Below, piece after piece: positions 8,290 through 17,673 of a DNA stretch of 44,493 nucleotides. The stretch lies in the IMG/VR virus record IMGVR_UViG_3300031945_000008, positions 1-44,493 of that record. One strand, written 5' to 3'. A program made the position numbers and the translations under genes. Source of the stretch: a virus (Duplodnaviria; Caudoviricetes). Position 1 is the first letter of the stretch. Every line of letters begins with the position of its first letter. The notes under the pieces are model-generated. The model was not told the DNA's origin. It did not search any database and worked only from the letters and a program-made list of their open reading frames with translations.

Positions 8290-9854
8290 TGGAAGATAGC
8301 GTTTTACTTAAGAGGCGGGAGGTCCAGTTAGAGAGGCGATTGGTCGAGCTTCGACGCGACCGTCGAATCTTCTTCTACGTCCCTCACGCCAAGCAGGAGC
8401 TGTTTCATAACGCAGCGGACTTCCACTACCGCTACGTTCGGACCGGTAACCGTTGGGGTAAATCTACGTGTGGCGGTACGGAGGACACCGCGTTTGCCCT
8501 TGGTTACCGGCCTTGGCTCTCCGAGACCGATCCACGACGGACTCTTGGTATTCCTCGGCACCCGACGAAGGGTCTGATCGTCACTACCGACTGGGACAAA
8601 TCGACGGAGGTCTTTACATCCACCGAAGAAGGTCCGAGCCAAGGTACTCTCTTCCGCTACATCCCAAAGGACTGTCTCATTGACTTCACCAAGAACCATT
8701 CCGGTGCAATCGACTGTATTAGGGTGCGACATGTTTCCGGCGGCACCTCCACCATCCACCTTGACACCGTTAAATCGTTCAAGCAGAACCCTCTCGGTCA
8801 GGAGTCCTCGGCGTGGGACTGGGTGCACTTCGACGAACCCGTACCCGAACCTATGTTCAACGCAATCATCCGTGGTATGATCGACCGTGATGGGCGTTGC
8901 TGGTTCACCTGCACCCCGTTGGAGGAGCCGTGGATTGATGCCAAGTTCATTCCGAACCTCGAACTCCAGTCTCTCGAGACCGTGGATGCTCATCATGGTG
9001 ACTTCTGGATGATGACGGGCAAAACCGACGACAATCCCCACCTCGACGCTGCTGCAATCGAACGGGTGATGCAAAACTATTCGGAGGACGAGCGCGAGAC
9101 TCGTCGTTCCGGTATTCCCAAAGCCTACTCCGGCCTCGTCTACAAAGAATTTGAGTGGGGCGTTCACGTTCGTCGTAACCCTCCCTACGGTTGGAAGGAC
9201 TGGACGTCCCCACCTGCCGACCACGCGATCCGTTTCGCCATCGACTACCACCCACGCAAACCCCACCACGTCCTTTTCATCTCAACCTCTCCGAACGAGT
9301 ATCATTACGTCTTCGCTGAAATCTTCGAGTCATGTCTGATGTCCGACCTCGTCATTGACTGCCGCTTCGTTCTCGGCCTACGTGAGCCCTCCCTTCCCGG
9401 TTTGATCGATCCTCTCAGTGACACCCCTAACCGGGTCACTGAGTCCACCCCAATGGAGGAGGTCCTTAGACTTGGTCTGCCGGTTATGCCGGCGACTAAA
9501 GACCCACATAACGGGATTCTCAAAGTCAAGGAACTCCTACGTCGACGTGACCGTGCGGGTAATCCGACGTTTATAGTCAACAGTGAATGTAAACGTTTCC
9601 TGTTCGAAATCTCGCGCGGTTACGTTTGGGATGGTGAGACCAACAAGCCAAAGAAACAGAACGATGACGCGATGGAGAACCTTTACCGTCTCGCGTTGCA
9701 GGGGTTGTTCTACATCGAGCCTACGACGGCGGCGGACTATCGTGCGCCTAGTCGAACCGATATCGATCAGGTTGATCTCGACGACGATCTTTTCACGGAG
9801 GACTTAGTTCCCAATATGGGTAGTAACAGATTCAGAGAAAGGTATAGGATATAA
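8289..9854 (+). CDS. terL: Terminase large subunit
   Basis: PHAKQ adenine motif, Walker A GNRWGKST, Walker B VHFDEP, coupling motif FTCTP, nuclease AID...NDDAME. Confidence 0.95.
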   Translation: MEDSVLLKRREVQLERRLVELRRDRRIFFYVPHAKQELFHNAADFHYRYVRTGNRWGKSTCGGTEDTAFALGYRPWLSETDPRRTLGIPRHPTKGLIVTTDWDKSTEVFTSTEEGPSQGTLFRYIPKDCLIDFTKNHSGAIDCIRVRHVSGGTSTIHLDTVKSFKQNPLGQESSAWDWVHFDEPVPEPMFNAIIRGMIDRDGRCWFTCTPLEEPWIDAKFIPNLELQSLETVDAHHGDFWMMTGKTDDNPHLDAAAIERVMQNYSEDERETRRSGIPKAYSGLVYKEFEWGVHVRRNPPYGWKDWTSPPADHAIRFAIDYHPRKPHHVLFISTSPNEYHYVFAEIFESCLMSDLVIDCRFVLGLREPSLPGLIDPLSDTPNRVTESTPMEEVLRLGLPVMPATKDPHNGILKVKELLRRRDRAGNPTFIVNSECKRFLFEISRGYVWDGETNKPKKQNDDAMENLYRLALQGLFYIEPTTAADYRAPSRTDIDQVDLDDDLFTEDLVPNMGSNRFRERYRI

Positions 9855-9856
9855 AT

Positions 9857-10408
9857 ATGGCAACACCACCAAGAACAATAGCAGGGTTGGCTGACTTATT
9901 AAATACGTTTAAACAGAACCCGATAGCGGAGGGTCCGCCGCCAAGTATAGCAGACATACTGGCGAGTCTACCACCGAATATATTACCTCCTGGTATACTA
10001 CCACGGACTACACCTCCACCACCACTTACACCTCCAGGAGGCGGTGCGCCCGGGCCGGTTCCGATTACGCCACCAGAGGGAAGACCACCACCGCGTTTCA
10101 TAGGCCCGCCCGTGCAGGCGCCACCACCTGAAGGAACTGCACCACCCTTTACTCCACCACCAGGTGTGCCACCTGAATTTCAACCGGTGTGGACTAACCC
10201 TGCCCTCGCCCAAAGACTATTTAACCTTCTTGGGACGGAGGGGCATATTCGACCGCACACTCCGGAAGCTCCACGCCCACCGGGAACTCCACGCACACCA
10301 AGACCACGGCCAGGTGAGGGCGTGGGTGGGACCGCGGCTAGAGGCGGACCCAATTTGGAGCGTCAGGGCGATACCGGTCGTGGGGAGGGTAACCTAGGAG
10401 TAGCTTAG
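9857..10408 (+). CDS. Proline-rich disordered protein (183 aa)
   Basis: Fills the gap exactly (2 nt after terL, 1 nt before the next gene); poly-Pro tracts. Confidence 0.75.
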   Translation: MATPPRTIAGLADLLNTFKQNPIAEGPPPSIADILASLPPNILPPGILPRTTPPPPLTPPGGGAPGPVPITPPEGRPPPRFIGPPVQAPPPEGTAPPFTPPPGVPPEFQPVWTNPALAQRLFNLLGTEGHIRPHTPEAPRPPGTPRTPRPRPGEGVGGTAARGGPNLERQGDTGRGEGNLGVA

Positions 10409-10409
10409 T

Positions 10410-11945
10410 ATGCCGAATCCATACCTTACCCCAAGTGGGAACATTGCGCCATACGTCGCTGGAAGTCCTCTAGACCCATTAACCATAGCGGGTCAGCCTA
10501 CTCCCACACCGGCACCCACTCCGTACGTTAGTGGCACTCCATTCCCCACCGCCCCCAATGCAGGGTTCGTGATGCCGGATGGGTCTGTTAGTGTAAACCC
10601 TCCGGCTGGGTATCAATATCCTACTTATAACCAGCAGGGGTTTATAGTGTCGCCTTCGCCACCTCCCTCTTATAGTACTAACCCGTATTCCACTGCCCCT
10701 GGTATGACTCTTGGAGGTACTTCTTATCAGGATTCGATAGTTCCATTCCCAGGAGGTATTAATACTCCCACTCCATTTACCCCAGTAGATGTTACTCAGT
10801 TCGGCCCTGACCCGTTTTATCAACCACCATCCACTACTGCTTCGTTAGATATTACTGGTGCTACTGACCCTTACGGGAGTACTATCCCGGTTTATCCAGG
10901 TGACATCACCGATCCGAGTATGGGAGCGTCATCGACGCCACAAAGTAACCCAGTGATAGCTTATTACGATGCAAATGGAAATCCTGTTTATTTCGATCCT
11001 AGTGCCGGAGCAACTGAGATACCGCCAGGCGGTAGTGCTACGAATATTTACGGACCTGGGATGGATACTATGGCTCAGTACCAGGCGATGCTAGCTGCCG
11101 ACGCGGCTGCGGCAGGCCAGGGTGCTCCTTCTGGACCACCGACTGGACCACCTATTGGACCACCTATTGATCCGACTACCGGGTTGCCGATGGGTTCACC
11201 TGGGAGTTTGACTAACCCGGCTGGGCCAGTTCCGATGTACAAGACTAATGCTCAGGGGCAAACACTCGCTTACGATCCGACTACTGGTGGTTATAGTATA
11301 GTTCCACCAGGATATATTGCAACACCGAGTGGTGTTGTGCAAGGCCCCGGTACAATGACGGCCTCGAACTACGGCCCGAGTTTTTCTTATGGCCCTGGTT
11401 ACACACAGGGTAGTAGCACGTTTGGTGCGAATCCACTACACGGTGGTGGCAACCTAGCGAACGTTTCAAACACCGGCGGGGGCGGTACCGGTTACTCGCT
11501 CTACGGCGCTACAGGCGGCGGCACGGGCGGTTATACTCCGATTGGTATTGGAGGGCCGACTGCTGGTACTTTTGGAACCCCGGAGGACTTTGGTGGTGGT
11601 AGACGGGGTGGTGGAGCGTTACCAGGCTGGAGAGTGGGGCCACAGGGATATGGTTATTATGGGCCAACCGCTACCCCGGCACAACAAAAGTATATGGCGC
11701 AACAACACGGCGCGGTAGGCGGAAAAATAAATTTGTTACCGGGCGATGTTTATGGGTCTGGTGGTCCTGCTCCTTATGTCGGTCAAACAACGACCAATTC
11801 ACTAGGACAAACGTTTGTTTTTAACGGTAGTACTTGGGTGCAAGCTAGTGGTCCTGGAGCGCCTCCTAGTGTTACTGGCCCGGCTCCTATTATACAGGAC
11901 GTTGGGGCAAGTAGGGGAGGGGCACCAGCACTTTTGACAACATAA
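10410..11945 (+). CDS. Pro/Gly/Thr/Tyr/Gln-rich low-complexity protein (511 aa)
   Basis: Long uninterrupted ORF with AGGAG RBS; ends 3 nt before portal. Confidence 0.85.
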   Translation: MPNPYLTPSGNIAPYVAGSPLDPLTIAGQPTPTPAPTPYVSGTPFPTAPNAGFVMPDGSVSVNPPAGYQYPTYNQQGFIVSPSPPPSYSTNPYSTAPGMTLGGTSYQDSIVPFPGGINTPTPFTPVDVTQFGPDPFYQPPSTTASLDITGATDPYGSTIPVYPGDITDPSMGASSTPQSNPVIAYYDANGNPVYFDPSAGATEIPPGGSATNIYGPGMDTMAQYQAMLAADAAAAGQGAPSGPPTGPPIGPPIDPTTGLPMGSPGSLTNPAGPVPMYKTNAQGQTLAYDPTTGGYSIVPPGYIATPSGVVQGPGTMTASNYGPSFSYGPGYTQGSSTFGANPLHGGGNLANVSNTGGGGTGYSLYGATGGGTGGYTPIGIGGPTAGTFGTPEDFGGGRRGGGALPGWRVGPQGYGYYGPTATPAQQKYMAQQHGAVGGKINLLPGDVYGSGGPAPYVGQTTTNSLGQTFVFNGSTWVQASGPGAPPSVTGPAPIIQDVGASRGGAPALLTT

Positions 11946-11948
11946 CAA

Positions 11949-13922
11949 ATGTCCCTCGAAACCTTTACAGAAGCACTTCACGACATCAACTCTCGTGAAC
12001 ACGCGGAGTTGTTGCGTCGCACCCGAAACCTAATCGACGGTAGTCGTTCGGACATGGCATCGTACTACAACTTGTGGGACCGACACGACCTCGTGTTCCG
12101 AGGAAAGCGTTTCCCATCGCGTGAGGACATTAAACAATTCCAAAAGGGTCAGCCTCCAAAGTTGATTGTGCCCCTCACGTACGCGCAGGTGATGACCTTT
12201 GTTGCGTACGGAATCATGACGGTGACCCAAAACCGTAGATTCTTTGAGTTGGAGCCAACACACCACGAGGAGGACCTTCTTTCCGAACCCCTCGAAATGA
12301 TTCTGGAACGAGACCTACGTAAAAACTACTGGACGACATTCTTGGTGCAATTCTTTTTAGACATAGGAAAGTTTTCACTAGGCGCAGCTGAGGTCGTGTA
12401 CCACGAGGAGTTTCGTTATATGAAAGTCCCAGTGAGTCGAGAGGTGGAGGGTGCGTTTGGGGTCCCAACGACGGAGGAAACGACAGAGTATACACGACTC
12501 CTCGTATTCCGCGGAAACCGAATACATGCGGTGTCTCCATACCGTTTCTTTCCCGACACTAGATTGCCTCTAGCTCGGTACCAAGATGGTGAGTTCTGTG
12601 GTTCGGAAGACTTGTTCTCTCTCGCGTCATTGAAGTCACAGTCGGAATACCTTTTCAACCTTGACAACATTCCGAAGTGGACTGAATTCGGTTACAATCA
12701 GCGTCGCAAAAAGTCCCGTATCGACCTTGGTCCCGACCGGCTCAATATCAACCCCAACCTCGGTGCCGGTGTAAAACAAGACGCCACTCATTCGATCGAC
12801 AACATGGTCTCCGAAGGCACGGTCGTCATCTCAAAAGGCGTTTTTAGTTTCATCCCCGACGACTTTCAACTCGGAGAGAATGGTCCTAAACCCCTCGGTA
12901 CAGCAAAATATCCGATCCGTTATATCGTCTGGTATGGTAACGACCGCACAATCGTCCGTTTTGAAGAGGCAACATATTACCACTCCCTTTTCCCTTACAT
13001 CTGCGCGCAGTACTTACCAGATCAGCAGCAAGACATCAATGAGAGCCTCGCTGACATGTGTGAGAAGATTACGGATTTGATCACTTGGAAACTGAACACT
13101 CACATCGCGTCTCAGCGGCAATCCGTCTTATCGAAATTTGTGTACGATCCCGCCGCCATAGACTCAAAATTCTTGGGCGATACACAAGTGCCGTTTGTTC
13201 CGTTGAAGAAAAACGCCGCTCTTACGGGGACTGGAGTCGACCGTTATATAAAGCAATTCGTGACGCAAGATGTTACTGCTAACGTACTCCGCGACGTCGC
13301 TGGCCTTAAAGACCTTAACGAAAGTGTCACCGGTATCACAGCCCAAATGCAAGGACACTATTCGAGCGGTCGACGTTCCGCAACGCAAGATCGTGTTGTC
13401 GCACAAGGTGCCTCCTCCCGTGGTAAGACCGTTATCGGTTGTATTTGGGACTCGGCTTTCGAACCTCTTGGCCGTCAGCTCATTGCCAACAACCGTCAAG
13501 AAATGGATCGTGAAACCTTCTTCCGTATCATCGGAAAGCGAACCTGGCCGGTGAACGATACGACTGGTATTCCCTACACCGACGACGAGGTCTTCACCAT
13601 GTTCAAGTCCGACGCTGAAGGTATCGCTACGTTTGAATCCTTCTTCGTCTTCGATGGTACCCTACCATCTGAGAAATCGTTTCTTGCACAGTCGCTTCAA
13701 GAGATACTCATCGCCTTGTTACAGAACCCAGAGTTCATGCAGGTTTTGGGTTACGGTCCTCAACAGGTTCGTGAACTCTTTGACCAAATTTATCTACTTC
13801 GTGGTGTTACGCCTGCGCGTATGCCACAAACAACCCAGGCATCGGCTCCGTCGGTACTGCCGTCTCCACAAACAGGTGGTAATGGTAGTGCTGCGCCCGT
13901 TGCCACTCCCGGGCGAGTATAA
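11949..13922 (+). CDS. Portal protein
   Basis: 657 aa, upstream of scaffold and capsid; portal-like segments (VSPYRFFPD, ESVTGITAQMQG..RRSATQ). Confidence 0.85.
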   Translation: MSLETFTEALHDINSREHAELLRRTRNLIDGSRSDMASYYNLWDRHDLVFRGKRFPSREDIKQFQKGQPPKLIVPLTYAQVMTFVAYGIMTVTQNRRFFELEPTHHEEDLLSEPLEMILERDLRKNYWTTFLVQFFLDIGKFSLGAAEVVYHEEFRYMKVPVSREVEGAFGVPTTEETTEYTRLLVFRGNRIHAVSPYRFFPDTRLPLARYQDGEFCGSEDLFSLASLKSQSEYLFNLDNIPKWTEFGYNQRRKKSRIDLGPDRLNINPNLGAGVKQDATHSIDNMVSEGTVVISKGVFSFIPDDFQLGENGPKPLGTAKYPIRYIVWYGNDRTIVRFEEATYYHSLFPYICAQYLPDQQQDINESLADMCEKITDLITWKLNTHIASQRQSVLSKFVYDPAAIDSKFLGDTQVPFVPLKKNAALTGTGVDRYIKQFVTQDVTANVLRDVAGLKDLNESVTGITAQMQGHYSSGRRSATQDRVVAQGASSRGKTVIGCIWDSAFEPLGRQLIANNRQEMDRETFFRIIGKRTWPVNDTTGIPYTDDEVFTMFKSDAEGIATFESFFVFDGTLPSEKSFLAQSLQEILIALLQNPEFMQVLGYGPQQVRELFDQIYLLRGVTPARMPQTTQASAPSVLPSPQTGGNGSAAPVATPGRV

Positions 13923-14191
13923 TGGACCAAGCCGGCGACAAAGGGAAGTTGGAAAACGAGAGGGCTATGATTGAGTCATATCTTTCACACCCTATAACTC
14001 GTAAGATCATAAGCGACAACAAGGAAGAACAGGAGAAGTTAGTCAACTTGATTTGTGCACAAGCCATAACTGATGTTGAAACCTTCTTTGCCCACCATGA
14101 AGCCGTTGGTCATCTCCGAGGACTCCGTCGTGCTGAAGCTATTATACGCTTCGACCTAGAGGAAATTAAAGAAAAACTAGAGGAGTTATAG
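13922..14191 (+). CDS. Small helical protein between portal and scaffold
   Basis: TAATG coupling; position typical of podovirus head modules. Confidence 0.75.
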   Translation: MDQAGDKGKLENERAMIESYLSHPITRKIISDNKEEQEKLVNLICAQAITDVETFFAHHEAVGHLRGLRRAEAIIRFDLEEIKEKLEEL

Positions 14192-14192
14192 T

Positions 14193-14945
14193 ATGCCAGA
14201 CGAGATTGAAGAGGTAGAACAGACAGGTGGTGAAGGTGGAGACGGTGGTGAAGTTAGAGCGCCGGTCGACGATAGTTCGAAAGAACTTGCAGACGCGGCG
14301 AAGGAACTTCGAGGTGTAGTGGATGGTTTAAAAGCCACCCCGCCACCTCCTGCCGCTGGACTCACTCCCGCACAAAGAGCAGAACTTTGGGGAGTCTTTG
14401 ACCCTGAAAAGGGTAGGACTGACTTCATGAGAAAGTTCTTTCGGATGAACCCTGAGGCCACGCCACAAGAACAACAAGAAGCTAAAGAACTCTTTGCGTA
14501 CGCGCATGAGGGTATGGTGAGGCAGTCTCTAACCGGTGCTCGGAATTTTGACCGAATCATGATGGACGAAATCGACAGGAAGTACGGACCAATCTTGGAG
14601 TACGTGCAGCAAGCCGCGTTGCGCGACCGACAAGAACGCTTCTACTCAACCTTCGAGTCGTTGAGAGATAGTAAATACTTCAATATCATCAACGCTGTTT
14701 CACAGCAGCTAATGAACAAACGTTACGAAAACGAAGGAGAATACTTTAAGGACCTTGCTGAAAGGTCCGCTAAGGCGATTCAGGAGATAGTTCCTGATTT
14801 CGACCTTGGTAAGGGAAAGAAAACAAAACAGGCTGGATCAGCGGTGCGCATACCACGTTCAAGCGTTGGAAGTGCAGCCGCGGCGAGGAGAGGAAGTTCG
14901 ACTGACGATGACAATCAAAAGAACGACATCGACAGTTTAGAATAA
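14193..14945 (+). CDS. Capsid scaffolding protein (putative)
   Basis: Acidic disordered N-terminus, helical middle, directly before the capsid gene. Confidence 0.7.
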   Translation: MPDEIEEVEQTGGEGGDGGEVRAPVDDSSKELADAAKELRGVVDGLKATPPPPAAGLTPAQRAELWGVFDPEKGRTDFMRKFFRMNPEATPQEQQEAKELFAYAHEGMVRQSLTGARNFDRIMMDEIDRKYGPILEYVQQAALRDRQERFYSTFESLRDSKYFNIINAVSQQLMNKRYENEGEYFKDLAERSAKAIQEIVPDFDLGKGKKTKQAGSAVRIPRSSVGSAAAARRGSSTDDDNQKNDIDSLE

Positions 14946-14986
14946 CCTTTCAGACTTCTTACCACCAGTAAAGAAAGGAAAACACA

Positions 14987-16375
14987 ATGGCCTTTGGGCT
15001 ATTATCAACAAACCTAACGACTCAATACCAGTCGTTAAACTCCCGTAGGAAAATCTTTTATCAATTTCCAACGGGAGCTGCTCCGTTAATGGGGCTTTTG
15101 TCGATGCTTCCTTCGGAGGATACGGACAAACCGACCTTCGGCTGGTGGGAGCGTCGATTCCCGATACTGAGAACCAATACGGGAGCCTCAGGTGCGGCAG
15201 TGTTTGCCTTGCAAGGTGGCGGTGCTCTCACCGACTCCGGCACGGGCGTGACCATGACGAAGGATGTAGTATACCGCGTCACGGTCTTAGACACGTCGCA
15301 GTTCAAAGCAACGCATGTTATTCAACTACGTAACGTGCAGAACCAAACCGGTGCTGTCACACCTGACATGACCGGTACGGTTACGGCAATAATCGACGCA
15401 ACGCACCTTGAGTTCCGTCCCTACTCCACCTACACTGGAGTCAAGAACGGAACCGCGGATGCAGCACCGAATAACTACGGTCTGACCGTACCAATCATCG
15501 GCACTGCAAACCAAGAGGGTGCACAAAGCGGACCGGGTGTAATCCAATACCCGGTGAACCCGTTAAATCTCACACAGATTTTTCGGTCTGCGTTTATGAT
15601 CACGAGAACCCAGCTGAAAACTGGTCTCTTGTTCGATAAGAGCGGTCCGTACAAATTGATGGCGTGGGAGAACGGACTCCGTCACATGGTTGAAATGGAG
15701 AAAGCGTTTATCTTCGGTCAGAATGAATCGGTGCTAGTGACCGATCCTCAGACTGGTGATGTAACGCCAGAGACCAAAACCGGTGGGTGCATTTGGTTCC
15801 TCCAACAGTGGGAGGCAGCCAACTCATTCTACCGCGGTGGCACAGGCGCACCCGCGGTTACGTCAAACCTTGACGATAACAAACGGATCATCGACTTCGG
15901 TGGCGTTCTCACAAAGAACGATACTGCGGCGATGCCCGGGTTTAATACCTGTATGGCTCGGTTGTTCCGCAAGACAAACGACAAGGCCTACGAGAAACTC
16001 TGCCTCTGTGGTGGCACATTGCTTCAAGTGGTCAACTCGATGTTTGAGCGTGAACTCACCCGAACCGTTGCGATGATTGACAAGGAACGCGACATCGAGT
16101 TCATTGTCCATTCAATCGTGACTCTGCGTGGAACAATCCACTTCAGAGTGCATCCGTTGTTTGATGAGGACCCGGACCTTCAAGGTGCTGGGTTGTTTCT
16201 CGACCTTGGGAACCTTAAGTATCGCTACCTCACGGATAGTGATACCGTGTTTCTCAAAGACCGGCAAGCACGTGACCGTGACAGTCGGAAAGATGAGTGG
16301 ATCTCGGAGTGCGGACTTGAACTTCGCTTCCCTGAATCCTGCATGTATTGGAAAAACGTTCTAGCACTAGGTTAA
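14987..16375 (+). CDS. Major capsid protein (DUF5309/SU10-like HK97 fold)
   Basis: GTANQEGA...NLTQIFRSAFMIT...EMEKAFIFG...TGG pattern; AAGGA RBS; position. Confidence 0.88.
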   Translation: MAFGLLSTNLTTQYQSLNSRRKIFYQFPTGAAPLMGLLSMLPSEDTDKPTFGWWERRFPILRTNTGASGAAVFALQGGGALTDSGTGVTMTKDVVYRVTVLDTSQFKATHVIQLRNVQNQTGAVTPDMTGTVTAIIDATHLEFRPYSTYTGVKNGTADAAPNNYGLTVPIIGTANQEGAQSGPGVIQYPVNPLNLTQIFRSAFMITRTQLKTGLLFDKSGPYKLMAWENGLRHMVEMEKAFIFGQNESVLVTDPQTGDVTPETKTGGCIWFLQQWEAANSFYRGGTGAPAVTSNLDDNKRIIDFGGVLTKNDTAAMPGFNTCMARLFRKTNDKAYEKLCLCGGTLLQVVNSMFERELTRTVAMIDKERDIEFIVHSIVTLRGTIHFRVHPLFDEDPDLQGAGLFLDLGNLKYRYLTDSDTVFLKDRQARDRDSRKDEWISECGLELRFPESCMYWKNVLALG

Positions 16376-16379
16376 TATT

Positions 16380-16691
16380 ATGGCTAACATGACGCGATCT
16401 CAAGTAGCGTTCAACGCAGATTGGATGACTGGACGGAACCGGCGGATTCTTAAACGTGACGTAACCCTGACCCTAACCGGTCAGGGTGGGTTAACGAACC
16501 GAATTGTCGCATCGGCTCTCGGCTTGTTAAAAATAGTTGACGTATCCGCTTCACGGGACAGTGCCAACAACGTAATCGCTGCACAGCCAAGTTACGATGG
16601 AACGTTTATTGTTCTATCGGTCACGACTGCAGGAACTCCTGCGGATAGTAGTGCAACTATCCGTATGGTGGTTGACGGCTTAATTGACTAG
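16380..16691 (+). CDS. Putative capsid decoration/minor head protein
   Basis: Small beta-rich ORF directly after the capsid gene. Confidence 0.6.
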   Translation: MANMTRSQVAFNADWMTGRNRRILKRDVTLTLTGQGGLTNRIVASALGLLKIVDVSASRDSANNVIAAQPSYDGTFIVLSVTTAGTPADSSATIRMVVDGLID

Positions 16692-16702
16692 AAAGGAGGA
16701 AT

Positions 16703-16888
16703 ATGAAGGTACCATACTTACGGGACTGGCGACCGGACTCTTCACAGGCTGCTAACGTGTCTGACACCCCAATGTTAAACACGGAGGCTCGTGAGAGCGT
16801 CGACTACTACGAGAAGAACGAGGTTGGAAAGGAACTAGTTGTAGTTCACCCTGACTTCGGAGAACTCGGTTCGAAGGGTCGTTACTAA
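16703..16888 (+). CDS. Hypothetical protein (61 aa)
   Basis: Strong AAGGAGGA RBS. Confidence 0.75.
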   Translation: MKVPYLRDWRPDSSQAANVSDTPMLNTEARESVDYYEKNEVGKELVVVHPDFGELGSKGRY

Positions 16889-16908
16889 ATCTCAACCCCA
16901 TACCGTCA

Positions 16909-17673
16909 ATGAACTTAGCGCAACTAAAAGCTATTGCAGCTGCGTATCATCAGAAACAGATCACCGATCTACAAATCGGAGCGGTAGACCTTTTTCTTGT
17001 TGCTGCGAATAACGCTCGAAGGAAAGGCGAAATGCTACACAACTTCGAGTATGCAAGGTGTTCAGCGACGCTATCCATTGACGGTATTACGGGTGGGGAT
17101 ATACGAAACGCAACGATAAACGAACCTGGGTTTAGTACCATAAAGGAAATCACTAACATACAGGGATTGCGTAACAACACGGAGTATATTCCTGTCGACT
17201 ACACCCGACTCGACATGGCGATTGAACGGAAACGGGAAGCCATTGAGGTTAATTCTTACTACTGGCGTGGGTATGGATACCGTTACCCAGGCGATGCGGA
17301 GTGGCAATTTCGCACATCGAGAGGTGCGATTACGCAACGAGGACATATTCTGCTTCCGTTCCCCACAGCGACGGCCGCGACAGACACTCCCTGGACCGCC
17401 TACATTGAAGCATACGGTTGGCTTCTAGACTACACCGACGCTGACCTTGCGATCGACATTGAAACGGCACCGCCGAAAGACTTCTTTATCGACCAAGGCT
17501 TTGCCTACATGCAGTGGGCAACGATCATCGAACTCAACAACCTTTTCTCCACTTTCGTTCCCCGACAGGAAGGTAACGTAGGGGTTCCAAAAGACCAACT
17601 CGACAATGCGTGGCGCGATTTCGTCGTTTGGGATTCGTATATTGTAAATGAAAACATGACAGTCAATGCCTAG
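16909..17673 (+). CDS. Head-tail adaptor (tail tubular protein A-like), putative
   Basis: MNLAQLK..helical start, beta middle, helical end; size and position. Confidence 0.6.
   Translation: MNLAQLKAIAAAYHQKQITDLQIGAVDLFLVAANNARRKGEMLHNFEYARCSATLSIDGITGGDIRNATINEPGFSTIKEITNIQGLRNNTEYIPVDYTRLDMAIERKREAIEVNSYYWRGYGYRYPGDAEWQFRTSRGAITQRGHILLPFPTATAATDTPWTAYIEAYGWLLDYTDADLAIDIETAPPKDFFIDQGFAYMQWATIIELNNLFSTFVPRQEGNVGVPKDQLDNAWRDFVVWDSYIVNENMTVNA

Noticed and set aside
8328-9269. 313-aa minus-strand ORF
   Set aside because: Lies wholly antisense to terL and has no motifs; a codon-bias shadow
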